NCBI RefSeq assembly: GCF_009914755.1
Contig: NC_060943.1
Reading direction: 5' to 3' (one strand)
DNA: 64,000 nt
From: the human T2T-CHM13v2.0 reference genome, Homo sapiens
The translations under genes and the position numbers were made by a program. The stretch's first letter is position 1. Each line of letters opens with the position of its first letter. The notes under the pieces were generated by a model. That model was not told the DNA's origin and made no database searches. It saw only the letters and a list, made by a program, of their open reading frames with translations. This document shows, piece by piece, positions 41,301 to 52,904 of this stretch.

Positions 41301-43385
41301 TTAGAATGCCTGGAGTCGCCCAGGTGTTACTATTCTTTGATTGCCTGGGGTCAACCAAGGCTCTCTTCCATTAGAATGTCTCAGGTCGGCTGGGAGTCTT
41401 TCCCATTAAAATGCCTGGAGTCGCTTAGGTGTCTCTATCATTAGAATGCTTTGGATTGGCCAGTAGTCTTCCCCATTAAAATGCCTGGGTTTGGCCAGGT
41501 GTGTTTATAACTAGACTACCTAAGGTAGTCTAGGGTCAGCCAGGAGTCTCTCCCATTAGAATACCTGGGTTCAGCTGATAGTCTCTGCCATTAGAATGAC
41601 TGGGGTCACCTAGGTTTTTTTTTTTTTTTATAATTAGACCACCTGGGGTCGGCCAGGAGTCTCTCCCATTTGAATGCGTGGGGTCACCCAGGTGTCTCTA
41701 TAATTAGACCACCTGGTGTTGGCCAGGAGTCTCTCCCATTGGAATGCCTGTGGTCGCCCAGTTGTCTCTATTATTAGAATGCCTGTGGTTGATCGGGAGT
41801 TTCTCCAAAATGCCTGTAGTTGATTAGCTGTCTCTATTATTAGAATGCTTGGGTTCGAGAAGGAGTCTCTTCCATTTCAATGCCTAGGGTTGATCAGTTG
41901 TCTCTATCATTAGAATGCTTGGTGTCAGCCAGGAGTCTCTTCCATTAGTATGCCTGGGGCCATCCAGGTGTCTCTATCATTAGACTACCTTGGGTCAGCC
42001 GTTAGTCTATCCCATTAGAATGCTTTGGTATGCCCAGGTGTCTCTATCTTTAGACTGCCTGGCTCAGCCAGGAGTCATTCCCATAAGAATGCCTGGTGTC
42101 AGCCGGGGGTCTCTCCCATTAGAATGCCTGGGGTTGCCCAGGTGTCTTTATAATTAGACTGCCTGGGATTGCACAGGATTTTCTCCCATTAGAATGCCTG
42201 GGGTTGCCCAGGTGTCTCTATCATTAGACTGCTGGTGTTCGGACAGGAGCCGCTCTCATTAAAATGCCTGCAGTCGCCCAGGTTTCTCTATCATTAGACA
42301 GCCTGGAAACGGCCCAGAGTCTCTCCCATTAGAATGGTGTCTCTCCTGGGGTCAGCCAGGAACCTCTTCCATTAGAATTCTTGTGATGGCCCACATGTCT
42401 CTATCATTAGACTGCCTGGGGTTGGTCGGGAGTTGCTCCCATTAGAATGTCTGGGGTAGCCCAGGTGTCTTTAATAATTAGACTGCCTGGGGTTGACCAG
42501 GAGTCTCTCCCATTAGAACACCCGTGGTCACCCAGCTGTCTCTATCATTAGACTGCCTGGGGCCAGCCAGGAGTACCTCTGTTAGAATACTTGAGTTTAC
42601 CTGAGAGTTTCTCCCATACCTGGGGTGGCCCAGGTGTCTCTATCATTAGAATGCCTAGGGTCAGCGGGGAGTCTCTGCCATTAGAATGCCTGGGGTTGGC
42701 TGGGAGCCTTTCCATTTGAATGCCTGGGGTCGTCAAATTGTCTCTATCATTAGACTTCCTGAATGTAGCAGGGCATCTCTCACATTAGAATGCCTGGGGT
42801 CACCCAGGTATCTGTATCATTAGACTGCCTGAGGTCAGCCAGGAGTCTTTCCTATTAGAATGCTTAGGGTCACCCAGGTGTCTCTATCATTAGACTGCCT
42901 GCTGTCACACGGGAGTCTTTCTCATTAGAATGCCTGGGGTCACCCAGGTGTCTCTATGATTAGACTGCCTGGGGTTGGCCAGGAGTCTCTCTGGTTAGAA
43001 TACCTGGGGCCACCCAGGTGCCTCTATCATTAGACTGCCTGGGGCCTGCCAGGGGTCTCTTCCATTAGAATTCCTGTGGTCGTTCAGGTGTTTCTATCAT
43101 TAGACTCCCTGCGGTTGGCCAGGAGTTCCTCCCAGAATGCCTGGGGTCTCCCAGGTGTCTCCATAAATAGACTGCCTGGGGTCAGCCAGAAGTCTCTCAC
43201 AAGAGAATGCCTGGGGTAGGCTGGGAGTCTCCACCATTAGGAGGCCTGGAGTCACGTAGGTGTTTCTAACATTAGAATACCTGGGGTCATCCAGGCTTCT
43301 CTCCCATTAAAATGTCCGGGCTCACCCTTTGTCTCTATTATTAGACGTCTGCCATCGGCCCAGAGTGTCTTCTATTAGAATCCCT
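29373..43385. repeat. HSAT4-type satellite, segment 3
   Basis: Same unit; ends ...attagaatccct at 43385. Confidence 0.9.
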
Positions 43386-43986
43386 GTCGACCAGATGGCT
43401 TTCACCTTGCCATGTCTAATGTTGATCAGATGGCTCTTGCCTTACCATGTCTAAGGTTGCCCAGACAACTTGGGCCAGAAGCAGTACCATTCAAATCCAG
43501 CAGAATGATGCGACTGTGACTCACTGCAGACTCAATCTTCCCAGTCTTACCCAAGTGATCTTCCCATCTTGGCCTCTCATATATCTGAGATTGCTCGGAC
43601 CTTCTTTTTTTTTCTCTCTCTCTCTCACTCTAATTTCAGTTTGTTTCCACAATACTCAGAGTAACTTGCTGTTCTTTTTCTTCTTTGTTCCATCCTTTAT
43701 TCTCCTATGCTCCTTCCTGCAAACTGAGTTTGACCTTTGGATTTTTTTTTTTTTTTTTTTTTGGTTACACTTCACCCTGTGTGTGACAAATAGAGAGAGA
43801 GACAGAGAGAGAGAGGAGTTTTTTTAAATTGCGACATTAATTACCTTTTATTATTGTACACTCCTACTTAATTATTTGGTCTTTAGGGTTGTTCACTATT
43901 ATTTCCTTGTTATTGTTATATATTTACTGTTGGTTCATTTATTTTGAGATGGATGTCGACTGCATGCATCGCATTTAGCTGCCAGC

Positions 43987-45760
43987 TTGTCATGTCTAAG
44001 ATGAACAGACAGCTCTCACCTTGCCATGTCTAAGGTCGACCAGATGGCTCTCGCCTTGCCATATCTAAGGTGGACCAGATGGCACTTGCCTAGCCATGTC
44101 TAAGATTGAACAGTTGGTTCTCACCTCATCATATCTAAGGTCAAGTTGGATCTCACCTTGCCATGTTTAAGATTGACCAGATGATTCTCACCTTGCCATA
44201 TCTAAGGTCGACCAGATGGCTCTCACCTTGCCATGTCTAAGGTCGATCAGATGGCTCTCACCTTGCCATGTCTGAGGTTGACCAGATGGGTCTCCTCTTC
44301 GAGTGAGTTCAACCAGATGGCTCTCACCTTGCCATGTCTAAGGTTGACCAGATGGATCTTGCCTTGCCATGTCTAAGGTCAAACAGATGGCTCTTCTTTT
44401 TCCATGTCTAAGGTCGGCCAGATGACTCTTGCCTTGCCATGTCTAAGCTCAACCAGATGGCTTTCATTTTTCCTTGTCTTCAGTCGACCAGATGTCTCTC
44501 ACCTTGCCATGTCTAGGTCAATCAGATGGCTCTCACCTTGCCACATCTACGATTGACCAGATGGCTCTTGCCATTCTATGTCTAAAGTCTACCAGATGGC
44601 TCTCATTTTGTCATGTTTAAGGTTGTCCAGATGGCTCTCTCTTTCCCATTTCTGAGGTCGACTGGATGGCTCTAGCCTTTCCATGTCTGAGGCCAACCAG
44701 TTGGCTCTCCTTCCCATGTCTAAAGTTAACCAGATGGCTCTCACCTTGCCATGTCTGAGGCAGACTAGATGGCTCTCGCCTTGCCATGTCTGAGGTGGAC
44801 TTGATGGCTCCCACCTTGCCCTGTCTATGGTCAACGAGATGGCTCTCACCTTCCCATGACTAAGGTGGACCACATGGCTCTTGATTTGCCATGTCTAAGC
44901 TAGATGAGATGCTTCTTGCCTTACCATGTCTAAGATGGATCTGAAGCCTCTTGCATTACCATCTCTAATGTTGACCAGATGGCTCTTGCCTTGCCATGTT
45001 TGAGGTTGACCAGATGCTTGTTGCCTTGCCATGCCTTAAGTAGACCATGTGGCTCTCAACTTCCTATGTCTAAGGTTGACCAAGATGGCTTTCACCTTGC
45101 CATGTCTGAAGTGGACTTGATGGTTCCCACCTTGCCATGTCTATGGTCGACCAGATGGCTCTCACCTTCCCATGACTAAGGTAAACCATATGTCTCTTGC
45201 CTTGCCATGCCTAAACTAGACCAGATGCCTCTTGCCTTTCCATGCTTAAGGTGGACCCAAACCCTTTTCGCATTTCCATCTCTAAAGTCGACCAGATGGC
45301 TCTTTCCTTGCCATGTCTGAGGTCAACAAGATGCCTCTTGCCTTGCCATGTCTGAAGTAGATCAGATGGCTCTCACTTTCCCATGTCTGAGGTTGACCAG
45401 ATGGTTCTCACCTTGCTATGTCTGAGGCAGACTTGATGGCTCCCACCTTACCATGTCTATGGTCAACAAGATGGCTCTTGCCTTCCCATGACTAAGGTGG
45501 ACCATATGGCTCTTGCCTTGCCATGTCTAAGCTGGACAAGATGGCTTTAGCCTTACCATGTTGAAGGTGGACCTGAAGCCTCTTGCATTCCCATCTCTAA
45601 GGTCGACCAGATGGCTGTCATCCTGCCATGTCAAAGGTCGACCAGGTGGCTGTCCCTTGTCACTTCTAAGGTTGACCAGATGGCTCTTGCCTTGCCATGT
45701 CTAAGGCTGATCAGATGGCTCGCACCTTGCCATGTCGAAGGTCGCCCAGATGGCTCTCAT
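43987..45760. repeat. 35-bp tandem array (ttgccatgtctaaggtcgaccagatggctctcrcc), ~50 copies
   Basis: Directly visible 35-nt periodicity; lies inside one composite unit at the position where other units carry 1-2 copies. Confidence 0.93.
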
Positions 45761-48700
45761 CAGCAGCAGTACTGTTCAAGTCCAGTAGCAGGATGTGATG
45801 ATTCACTGCAACTTCAGTCTCTGTAGTCTCACCTGGGCAGTCTTCGTGTCTCAGCCTCCCGAGTCCTTGGGACTACTGGGACCTTCTTTCACTGTTCTAT
45901 TCCTAACCTGACATTTAGTTTATTTCCACAGTACTTAGAGTGACTTGCTATTGTTTTTCTTCTTTGTTCTTTTGTCTGTTTTCCTATGCTCTTTCCTGTA
46001 AATGAAGTTGACCTTTTAGATTTTCCTTTGTCACACTCCAGCCTGGGTATCACAAATGGAGAGAAAAAGAGAAAGAGAGGAGATCTTAATGGTGATATTA
46101 ATTACCTTTTACCTTGGTTCACTCCCACTTATTTATACATTGTTCTTTAATATTGTTTATTTTTTTGTTTTTGTAAAACTTTTACTGTTGGATTGTTTTT
46201 GTTTTTTTGAGACGTATTTCAGCAACTAGAGTTGGACTTAGCCACAAGAGTGCCATGTCTAAGGTTGACCAGATGGTTCTCGCCTTGTCATGTCTAAGGT
46301 CGACCAGATGGCTCTTGCAGGCGGCAGTACCGTTCAGGTCCAGCAGAGGGATGTGATCGTGATTTACTGTGGCTTCGATCTCCCTGGTCTCACCCGAGTG
46401 GTCTTCCCTTCTCGGTTTCCCAATTACCTGGGACTACTCAGACCTTCTTCCTCTGTTGTTTTTTTCTAAACCCACTGTCAGTTTGTTTCCACAGTACATA
46501 GAATGACTTGCGTTGTTTTCCTTCTTCATTCCTCTATTTTTCTACACTCCTTCCAGCATGATAAATATGAACCCACTCCAGTCTGGGTGTTACAAACAGA
46601 GAGAGAGAGAGAGAGAGGAGAACATCTTAATTGTGTTATCGATTACTTTTCACCTTTGTTCACTCCTATTTATTGACACAATGTTATCTTTTTTTATTGT
46701 TAAATATTCACTGGTGGATTTTCTGCTTACTTATTTTGAGAGAGATGTCAGCCACGAGCATTGGACCAAGGTCAACCAGAGGACTTTTGCCTTGCCATGT
46801 CTAAGGTCGACCAGATGGCTCTTGCCTCCGGTAATACCGTTCAGGTCCAGCAGAGGGAGGTAATTGTGATTCACTGTAACCTTGATCTCTCCAGTCTCAC
46901 CCGGCTGGTGTTCCCATCTCAGCCACTTGAGTCCCTCAGACTACTCGGACCTTCTTTTTTTTCTCTAACCCCACTTTCAGTTTGTTTCCACATACATAGA
47001 GTGACTTGCTGTTTTTTTTTTTTCCTTTGTTCTTTTCTCTCGTTATGTCCCTATGCTCCTTCCTGCAGGAAGCAGTTGACTTTTATATTTCTTTTAATCA
47101 CACTCTAGCATGGGTTTGACAAACAGAGACAGCTAGAGAGTAACAGAGAAGTAGAGAGATAGAAGATCTTAATTGTGATATTAATCACCTATTACCTTTG
47201 TTCACTTTCACTTATTTACTTATTGGTCTTTAAAGTTGTTATTATTTCTTTGTTATTGTTGAATATTTACTGTTGAAATTTTTGTTTATTTATTTTGAGA
47301 AACGTGTTGGCAGCGAGCACTGGACTTAGCTTTCATCTTGCCATGTCTAAGGTCGAACAGATGGCTCTTGCCTTCCCATGTCTGAGGACCAGATGGCTCT
47401 CAACAGCATCAGTACCATTCAGGTCCAGCAGAGGGATGTGATCCTTATTCTCTGCAGCCTCGATCTCCCCGGTGTCATCTGGGTGGACTTCCCATCTTGG
47501 CCTCCCGAGTCCTTCAGACTACTTGGACCTTCTTCTTTTTTTTTTTCTAACCCAACTTTCAGTTTGTTTCTACAGTACTTACAGTGAGTTGCTGTTGTAT
47601 TTCTTCTCTGTTCTTTTCTCTCTATATATATTCTTACCCTCCTTCCTGCATGATGAATTTGACCTTCTAGATTTTTTTTTTTTGGAACAATCCAGCCTGG
47701 TTGTGACAAATGGAGAAAGAGAGAGAAGATCTTAATTGTGATATAATTGACCTTTCACCTTTGTTCACTCCCACTTATTTATTTGTCTTTAATATTGTTA
47801 TGGTTAGTTCTTTGTTACTGTTAAATATTCCCTGTTGGATTTTTTTCTTTTGAGACAGATCTTCCCACGAGGGTTGTATTTAGCCACCAGCTTGGTAAGT
47901 CTAGGGTCGAGAGGATGGCTCTCATCAGCAGCAGTACCATTCAGGTCCAGCAGAGGGATCGGATCGTGATTCACTGTGCCCTGGGCGTCTTCCAGGTCTC
48001 TACAGGGTGGCCTTCTGATGATCTCGGCCTCCTGATTCCCTCAGACTATTTCGACATCCTTCCTTTGTTTTTCCTAACCTTACTTTCAGTTTGTTTCCAC
48101 AGTCCTTAGAGTGACTTTCTATTTTTTTCTTGTTTTCTCTTTATATTTTCCTGTGCTCCTTCCTGCTTGATGAAGTTGACAGAGAGAAATCGAGAGTGAG
48201 AGATAGAAAGAGATTAGAAGAATTTAATTGTGATATTAATTACCTGTTACCTTTGTTCACTCCCATTTATTTGTCTTTAATATTGTTTGTAGTTATATCT
48301 TTGTTATTGTTAAATATTCACTGTTGGATTTTTTTCTGTTTGGAGTGAACAAAGGTGAAAAGTAATTAATAACACAATTAAGATTTTCTCCTGTCTCGCT
48401 GTTTGTGTCTGTCTGTCTGTCTCTCTCTCCAAGATGTCAGCTGAGAGGATTGGACTTAGCTGCCAGCTTGCCAAGTCTAAGGTCAACCAGATGGCTCTCA
48501 CCTTATCTAAGGTCAACCAGATGGCTCTCGCCTTGCCATGACTAAGGATGACCAGATGGCTCCTGCCTTTGGAAGTACTATTCAGGTACAGCAGAGGGAT
48601 GTGATCATGATTCACTGTGGTCTCGATCTTCCCAGTGTCACCCAGGTGGTCTTCCCATCTTGGCTTCCCTAGTCCCTCAGGCTACCTGAACTTATCCTCC

Positions 48701-49831
48701 TCCTTCCTTTTTTTCCTAACCCCACTTTCAATTTTTTTTTCTACAGTGAAACTAACTGAAGTTTTAGAGAGACTTGCTGTTGTTTTTCTTCTTTGTTCTT
48801 TTCTCCCTTTTTCTACACTCATTACTGCATGATGAAATTGACCTTTTATATTTTTTTGTCACATTCCAGCCTGGGTGTGACAAATGGAAAGGGGAAGAGA
48901 GAGAGTGAGAGATAGCAGAATATTTTAATTGTGATATTAGTTACCTTTTACCTTTGTTCACTCCCACTTATTTATTGGTCTTTAATATTGTTTGGTATTA
49001 TATTTTTGTTATTGTTAAATATTCACTGTTGGACTTTTTGTTTATTTTGAGACAGATGTCGGCAGTGAGCACTGGACTTAGCCACCAGCTTGCCAAGTCT
49101 AAGGTCGATCAGATGGCTCCTGCCTTGACATGTCTAAGGTCGACCAGATGGCTCTAGCTGGCGCCAGGACCATTCAGGTCCAGCAGAGGTATGTGATAGT
49201 GATTCCCTGTGGCTTCCATCTCCCCTGTCTCGCCTGGGTGGCTTTCCCATCTTGGCCTCTGGCGTCCCTGGGACTACTCAGACCTTCTTCCTCTGTTTTC
49301 CTTCTAAGCCCACTTTTAGTTTGTTTCCACGGTACTCAGAATGGTTTGCTGTTTTCTTCTTTTCTCTATTTTTCTATGCTCCTTCCTGCACGATGAAGTT
49401 GATCTTTTAGATTTCTGTCACACTCTAGCCTGGCATGACAAATTGAGAAAGAGAGAGAGAGGAGAAAATCTTCATTGTGATAATCTTCATTGTGATAATT
49501 ATCTTTTACCTTTGTTCACTCCCACTTATTTATTTATTGGTCCTTAATATTGTTATTATTTTTCGTTATTGTTCAATATTTACCATCGGATTTTTTGTCT
49601 ATTTATTTTGAGACCAATTTCGGCTGCAAGTGTTGGACTTAGCTATCAGCTTGCCACGTCTAAGGTTGACCAGATGCCTCTTGCTGGTGACAGTACCATT
49701 CAGGTCCAGCAGAGGGATGCATTCCCGATTCACTGAGAACTCAGACTCCCAGGTTTTACCCGGGTGGTCTTCCCATCTTGGGGGGCCCCCCGTGTACCTG
49801 AGACTACTCAGACCTTCTTCATCTGTTTTTT

Positions 49832-50131
49832 GCTGTTCTTGTTGTTGTTGATCTTGATGGAGTCTCACTCTGTTGCCAGGCTGGAGTGCAGTGGCTGATA
49901 TTGGCTCACTGCAACCTCCACCTCCTGGGTTTAAATGATTCTCCTTCCTCAGCCTCCTGAGTAGCTAGGACTACAGGCATACGCCACAAAGCCCAGCTAA
50001 TTTTTGTATTTTTAGTAGAGACGGGATTTCACCATGTTGGCCAGGATGGCCTTGATTTCTTGACCTCGTGATCTGCCTGCCTTGACCTCCCAAAGTGCTG
50101 GGATTACAGGCATGAGCCACCACGCCCAGCC
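49832..50131 (-). mobile_element. AluSc-like, full length, inserted in one composite unit
   Basis: gttgccaggctgg and ggccaggatgg..cttgacctcgtgatc diagnostics; TSD tctgtttttt at 49822-49831 and 50132-50141. Confidence 0.88.
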
Positions 50132-51524
50132 TCTGTTTTTTTTTTTTTAACCCACTTTTAGTTTGTTTCCACAGTAACAGTACTTAGAGTGATTTGCTTT
50201 TGTTTTTCTTCTTTGTTCTTTTCTCTATTTTCCTACATTCCTTCCTGCACAATAAAGTTGATCTTTTAGATTTTTTATTTTGTCACACACTCCAGCCTGG
50301 GTGTGACAAACAGAGAGACAGGGGAGAATATCTTAATTGTGATATTAATTACTTTTTACTTTTGTTAACTGCAACCTGTTTATGTATTGTTCTTTAATTT
50401 TTTTGTCATTGTTAAATATTTACTGTTGGATTTGTTTATTTATTTTGAGAGAGATGTCGGCTGTGAGCGTTGGACTAAGGTCGACCTGATGGACCTCACC
50501 TCTCGCCTTGCCATGTCTAAGGTCGACCAGATCTCTCTCGCCAGCAGCAGTACAATTCAGGTTGAGCAGAGGGATGGGATCGTGATTCACTGTGGCCTTG
50601 ATCTTCCTGGTCTCGCCCGGGCGGTCTTCCCAACTGGCCTCCCGTGTCCCTTGGACTACTCAGACCTTCTTCCTCTCTTTTTTCCTAATTCCACTTTCTG
50701 TTTGTTTCCATAGTACTTGGAGAGACTTGCTATTCTTTTTTTTCTTTGTTCTTTTCTCTCTCTCTTTTCCTATGCTTCTTCCTGCACGGTGAAGTTTACC
50801 ATTTAATTTTTTTTTTTTAATCACACTCAAGCCTAGGTGTGACAAATAGAGAGAAAGAAAGAGAGAGAGAGAAGGTCTTAATTGTGGTATTACCTTTTAC
50901 CTTTCTTCATTCCCACTTATTTATTGATCTTTCATATTGTTATTATTTCTTTGTTATTGTTAAGAATTCACTCTTGTATTTTTTGTTTATTTATTTTGAG
51001 ACGAATATCGGCCATAAGCACTGGACTTAGCCAGCAGCTTGCCAAGTCTAAGGACGAACAGAAGGCTCTCACTTTGCCACATCTAAGAGCTACATGGCTC
51101 TTGTCCATTACAGTACCATTAAGGTCCAGCAGAGAGATGCAATCGTGATTCATTGTGGCCTCAATCTCCCTGGTCTCACCTGGGTGGCCTTCTCATCTCA
51201 GACTCCCAATTCCATCAGACTACTCGGACATTCTCTGTTTTTTTTCTAGCCCTACTTTCAGTTTATTTTCACAGTACTTACAGTGACTTGCTGTTGTTTT
51301 CCTCCTTTGTTCTTTACTCTATTTTCCTACGCCCCTTCCTGCGCGATGAAGCTAACCTTTTAGAGTTTTTTTGACACATTACATACTGGGTTTGACAAAT
51401 ATATATATAGAGAGAGATCTTAAGTGTGATATTAATTACCTTTAACTTTGTTTACTCCCACTTATTTGGCTGTTTATTGTTCTATTATTGTTTATTATAT
51501 TTTTGTTATTGTTATGTTTATTGT

Positions 51525-51955
51525 TTGTTTGTTTGGAGAAAGGGTCTCACTCTGTCACCCAGAATGACTGCAGCCTCAACCCTTTGGACTTGAGTAATCC
51601 TCACGCCTCCAATGCCTCCCCTTTCCCCAGTACCTGAGACTACAGACACAAGCCACCACACCAGTTGACTTTTGTATTTTTTACTTCTACTTTTTTTATT
51701 ATTATTATTTTCATGTCTTGAGACAGAGTCTTGCTCCATCGGCCAGGCTAGAGTGAGCAATGGTGTGATCTTGGCTCACCACAACCTCTGCCTAATGGGT
51801 TCAAGTGGTTCTTCTGCCTCAGCCTCCTGAGCAGCTAGGACTACAGGCATGTCCCACTACACCAGGCTAATTTTTGTATTTTTAAATGTTTGATGAGGAA
51901 GTATGTGTAAAGACAGGGTTAGAGGTTCTGCCATGTTGCCCAGGCTGGTCTCAAC
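51525..51955 (-). mobile_element. Old Alu fragments (AluJ-like right arm, second Alu right arm, start of a left arm)
   Basis: gggtctcactctgtcacccag; gagacagagtcttgctc...aggctaatttttgtatttt; gccatgttgcccaggctggtctc. Confidence 0.75.
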
Positions 51956-52904
51956 TTCCTCTTTTTTTTTTTCTTCTAATCCAACTTTCAGTTTGTTTCC
52001 ACAGTACTTAGAGTGACTTGCTATTGTTTTAGGTTTTACGTTCTTCTCTATTTTCCTATGCTCCTTTTTGCATGCTGAAGTTTACCTTTCAGATTTTTTC
52101 TTTTTGTCACACTCCAGCCAGAGTGTGAGAGAAAGAGAGAAGATTTTAATTGTGATAATTATCTTTTACCTTTGTTCACTCCCACTTATTTATTGGTCTT
52201 ATTATTGTTTGTTATTATTTCTTTGTTATTGTTAAATATTTACTGTTGTGTTTTTTTGTTTATTTATTTTGAGACAGGTGTCGGCTGTGGGCACTGGACC
52301 TAGCTGCTAGCTTGCTACATCTAAGGTCGACCAGACGGTTCTCACCACCGGCAGTACTGCTCAGGTCCAACAGAGACATGTGATCGTGATTCACTGTGGC
52401 CTCGATCTCCCTGGTCTTGCCTGGGTGGTCTTCCCATCTCAGCCTTCCGAGTAGCTGGGACTACTCGGACAATTTTCAGTTTGCTTCCACAATACTTAGA
52501 GGGGGTTGCTGCTTTTTTCCTTTGTTCTTTGCTCTCTCTCTCTGTTTTAAGTTTTTTACACTCCTTCCTGCACACTGAAGTTAATGTTTTAGATTTTTTT
52601 GTTGGGGGGTGAGGGCTAGGTCTTCTCACTCTGTCACACCCTGGTTGGAGTGCAGCTTGTGCAATCAGCATTGAGCCATGATTGCACATCTGCACTACAG
52701 CCTGGGTGTGACAGTGTGACACACAAAGATCGAGAGAGAGAGAGAAAGGGACAGAGAGAGAGAGAGAGACAACAATTATGATCTTAATTGCCTATTTACC
52801 TTAGTTCATTCCCACTTATTTGGTTGTTTATTGTTCTATTATTGTTTGTTATTGTTTCTTTGTTATTGTTATGTTTATTTTATTTTTTTTTTTATGTGTA
52901 TGTA

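Larger units (their letters stand above)
43386..52900. repeat. Tandem composite repeat, ~12-13 units of ~510-640 bp, built from Alu-derived and other segments
   Basis: Marker cagtacc(a/g)ttcaggtccagcagagggatgtgat at ~43482, 45767, 46325, 46832, 47410, 47932, 48574, 49166, 49691, 50548, 51111, 52352; units also share cagtttgtttccacagtac, a (ga)n tract and tacctttgttcactcccactta. Confidence 0.9.

Noticed and set aside
43987-45760. 35-bp periodic repeats resembling a CRISPR array
   Set aside because: Head-to-tail repeats with no unique spacers, in primate DNA.
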